Virus record (IMG/VR): IMGVR_UViG_3300045988_175656
DNA from: a virus
Length of the DNA stretch: 64,000 bases
Reading direction: 5' to 3' (one strand)
Every line of letters begins with the position of its first letter. Position 1 is the stretch's first letter. The notes under the pieces were generated by a model that saw only the letters and a list, made by a program, of their open reading frames with translations, did not search any database and was not told the DNA's origin. The translations under genes were made by a program, and so were the position numbers. This document shows, piece after piece, positions 62,309-64,000 of the stretch.

Positions 62309-62546
62309 TTTTGAAAAAACAAGACATTCGTTTTCATGGATAACTTTTGGACGTGAAATGAATGAAGAGCCAAGACAGATTCCATTAAAAGATATATCTG
62401 ATAGCCATTTGTTACATATAATTGGTCATATAATGAAAAATGTAGAGATAAAGAATAGTAGTGGAGGGAGAAATATATTAAATGTTATGCACCAAGAAGC
62501 TATATATAGGGCTGAACATAACATTTTTATTAGTGATTATAAATAA
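62298..62546 (+). CDS. hypothetical protein
   Basis: ORF track only. Confidence 0.5.
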   Translation: MINNFEKTRHSFSWITFGREMNEEPRQIPLKDISDSHLLHIIGHIMKNVEIKNSSGGRNILNVMHQEAIYRAEHNIFISDYK

Positions 62547-62554
62547 CAAAGAAT

Positions 62555-62842
62555 ATGAGTTTATATGATTTTGATAAATATAATAAAAACCATATAGGTG
62601 AAGATTATATTTTTGTATGGAATGATAAAAAAGGTAAAAATTATAGTTTTGAAGCCTATTTTATGAAATGGAATGGTTATAGTCATGAAGTGCTTGCTGA
62701 TGGTTATGGTGAAGATGAAAGAGATGCATTATATAACCTATTAGAAGATATTGAATCTAGAGTAAAAGAATTATCTAAAATAAATTTAATGATTCAAGAA
62801 GTTTTTGAAAATTGTGATAAAAAATCTTTACTTGTTGACTAA
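62555..62842 (+). CDS. hypothetical protein
   Basis: ORF track only. Confidence 0.5.
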   Translation: MSLYDFDKYNKNHIGEDYIFVWNDKKGKNYSFEAYFMKWNGYSHEVLADGYGEDERDALYNLLEDIESRVKELSKINLMIQEVFENCDKKSLLVD

Positions 62843-63015
62843 TGAGAAAACGTTTTCATAATACATCACTTTCTAAACCTATGATAATTAAATTGACTGA
62901 TGTGGAAAAAGATAATATAAATTGTCGAATTATTGGAAAAGTGGGCTTATGTGGAAGTAGATGTTATCTATTTCAACAAAATAAATGCAAGCACTGTAAG
63001 GTTAACATTTATTAA
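62842..63015 (+). CDS. small Cys-rich protein (57 aa)
   Basis: Hand-translated MRKRFHNTSLSKPMIIKL...CGSRCYLFQQNKCKHCKVNIY; TAATG overlap with the upstream gene. Confidence 0.4.
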   Translation: MRKRFHNTSLSKPMIIKLTDVEKDNINCRIIGKVGLCGSRCYLFQQNKCKHCKVNIY

Positions 63016-63042
63016 TATTATTAAATACCATATATCAAATTT

Positions 63043-63060
63043 AAATTGTATATTTGCAAT
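63043..63060 (+). promoter_or_regulatory. Bacteroidota-type promoter
   Basis: aaattgtatatttgcaat consensus copy. Confidence 0.6.
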
Positions 63061-63081
63061 AAGAAAATAATATAAATAGAT

Positions 63082-63645
63082 ATGAATCAAAGTAGACAAG
63101 ATAAATATGGTCATATTATGTTTGACCTTGAAACATTGGATAATAAAAATACATCAAGTATATTATCAATTGGTGCTGTTGAATTTAATTTACATACAGG
63201 AGAAATTGGTGAAACATTATATGTAAGAGTTGATTTGCAATCTTGTATTGATGAAGGATTAACTATTAGTGCTGATACTATTATGTGGTGGTTACGTCAA
63301 TCAGATGAAGCTAGAGCACATATTTATGGTACAAGTGGAATTCAATTAGAAGAAGCTTTAGACAAAGTTTTCAATTTTGTTGAAAGTTGTGGTGAGGATG
63401 TTGTGGTATGGGGAAATGGCTCAACGTTTGATATTTCAATTTTAGAATATGCATTTTATAAATTTTATACAACACTTCCGTGGAAATTTTATAATGTGAG
63501 TGATTTGAGAACAATTGTTAATATAAATCCTAAGATAAAGAAAAATTGTCCTTTTGATGGTATCAAACATGATGCAATAGCTGATTGTAAGCATCAAATA
63601 AAATATTTGTGTGATACATATAAGACAATAAAAGTTATTGACTAA
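63082..63645 (+). CDS. DEDDh 3'-5' exonuclease (DnaQ-like / exoribonuclease-like)
   Basis: Exo motifs MFDLETLD, WGNGSTFDISIL and HDAIADC. Confidence 0.8.
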   Translation: MNQSRQDKYGHIMFDLETLDNKNTSSILSIGAVEFNLHTGEIGETLYVRVDLQSCIDEGLTISADTIMWWLRQSDEARAHIYGTSGIQLEEALDKVFNFVESCGEDVVVWGNGSTFDISILEYAFYKFYTTLPWKFYNVSDLRTIVNINPKIKKNCPFDGIKHDAIADCKHQIKYLCDTYKTIKVID

Positions 63646-64000
63646 TGAAAAAATTATCAAATAAGAGAATTTCTGAATTAATTGATAAAGCAATAAATGA
63701 TATGAATGAATGGAATAATTCTCATACCATAGATGAATATGTTATTAATTCTATTAGAAATATTAATTTAATTGATGATGAAAAGAAACTTAAAGATGAA
63801 TTAAAATATTGGTCATGTTCAAGTAATTATTGGATTGGTGTATCAGCTTTAATGACCGCATATGAAGAACGATTAGATAATAAAGATGAAGAATATGCAA
63901 TAATTGAAGCTATCACTAGTAGTAATCCTACAAATGATTTATTAAGGCAAGGACAATCAGCTATAATATTAGATAAAAACAATACAGATGTTTGCCAAAT
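63645..64000 (+). CDS. hypothetical protein, 3'-truncated by the window end
   Basis: Open frame from ATG 63645 (TAATG overlap) to the window edge: MKKLSNKRISELIDKAINDMNEW... Confidence 0.5.
   Translation, partial: MKKLSNKRISELIDKAINDMNEWNNSHTIDEYVINSIRNINLIDDEKKLKDELKYWSCSSNYWIGVSALMTAYEERLDNKDEEYAIIEAITSSNPTNDLLRQGQSAIILDKNNTDVCQ

Overview
This is an AT-rich segment, coded almost entirely on the plus strand, of a very large (jumbo-type) bacteriophage or phage-like element. Its regulatory signals look Bacteroidota-like: about 25 copies of a TTGTATATTTGCAAAG-type promoter carry the TAnnTTTG -7 box, and strong hairpin plus T-run terminators are present. ORFs close normally in the standard genetic code.

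The window has three parts.

(1) 1-20.2 kb is a giant tRNA island. By-eye folding gives about 31 canonical tRNAs that together cover all 20 amino acids. It also gives about 14 non-canonical tRNA-shaped genes with intact acceptor and T arms but expanded interiors. Five of these carry the same conserved hairpin + TAGCAA module. One tRNA(CAU) is split after position 37 by a 747-nt intervening sequence that encodes an HNH endonuclease. The island also contains four HNH endonuclease genes, four copies of a small AGGAAAC...GTTTCCT stem element, an ORF-free promoter-driven block of about 970 nt that looks like a large structured RNA, and envelope-directed moron genes.

(2) 20-47 kb holds mixed auxiliary genes:
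- Dam methylase, T5orf172 and GIY-YIG nucleases
- a 1264-aa BspA-like LRR protein with an internal duplication
- NadE
- a membrane, PspA-like, OmpA-fused-SBP and ABC-transporter block next to DnaK-DnaJ
- HD and NUDIX enzymes, IF-3, and a sigma-70 family factor

(3) 48-64 kb holds an RNA-repair set (DUF2828/vWA Ro-like protein, HD hydrolase, RNA ligase, HD + polynucleotide kinase). It also encodes RdgB, YqeY/GatB-like, NADAR, a minus-strand tail-fibre-like module, a SAM methyltransferase and a DEDDh exonuclease.

The most unusual signal is the family of interrupted or expanded tRNA-shaped genes and their repeated RNA modules, sitting in the same genome segment as a complete heal-and-seal RNA repair toolkit.

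All RNA folds and protein family calls were made by eye from motifs; no searches were run.
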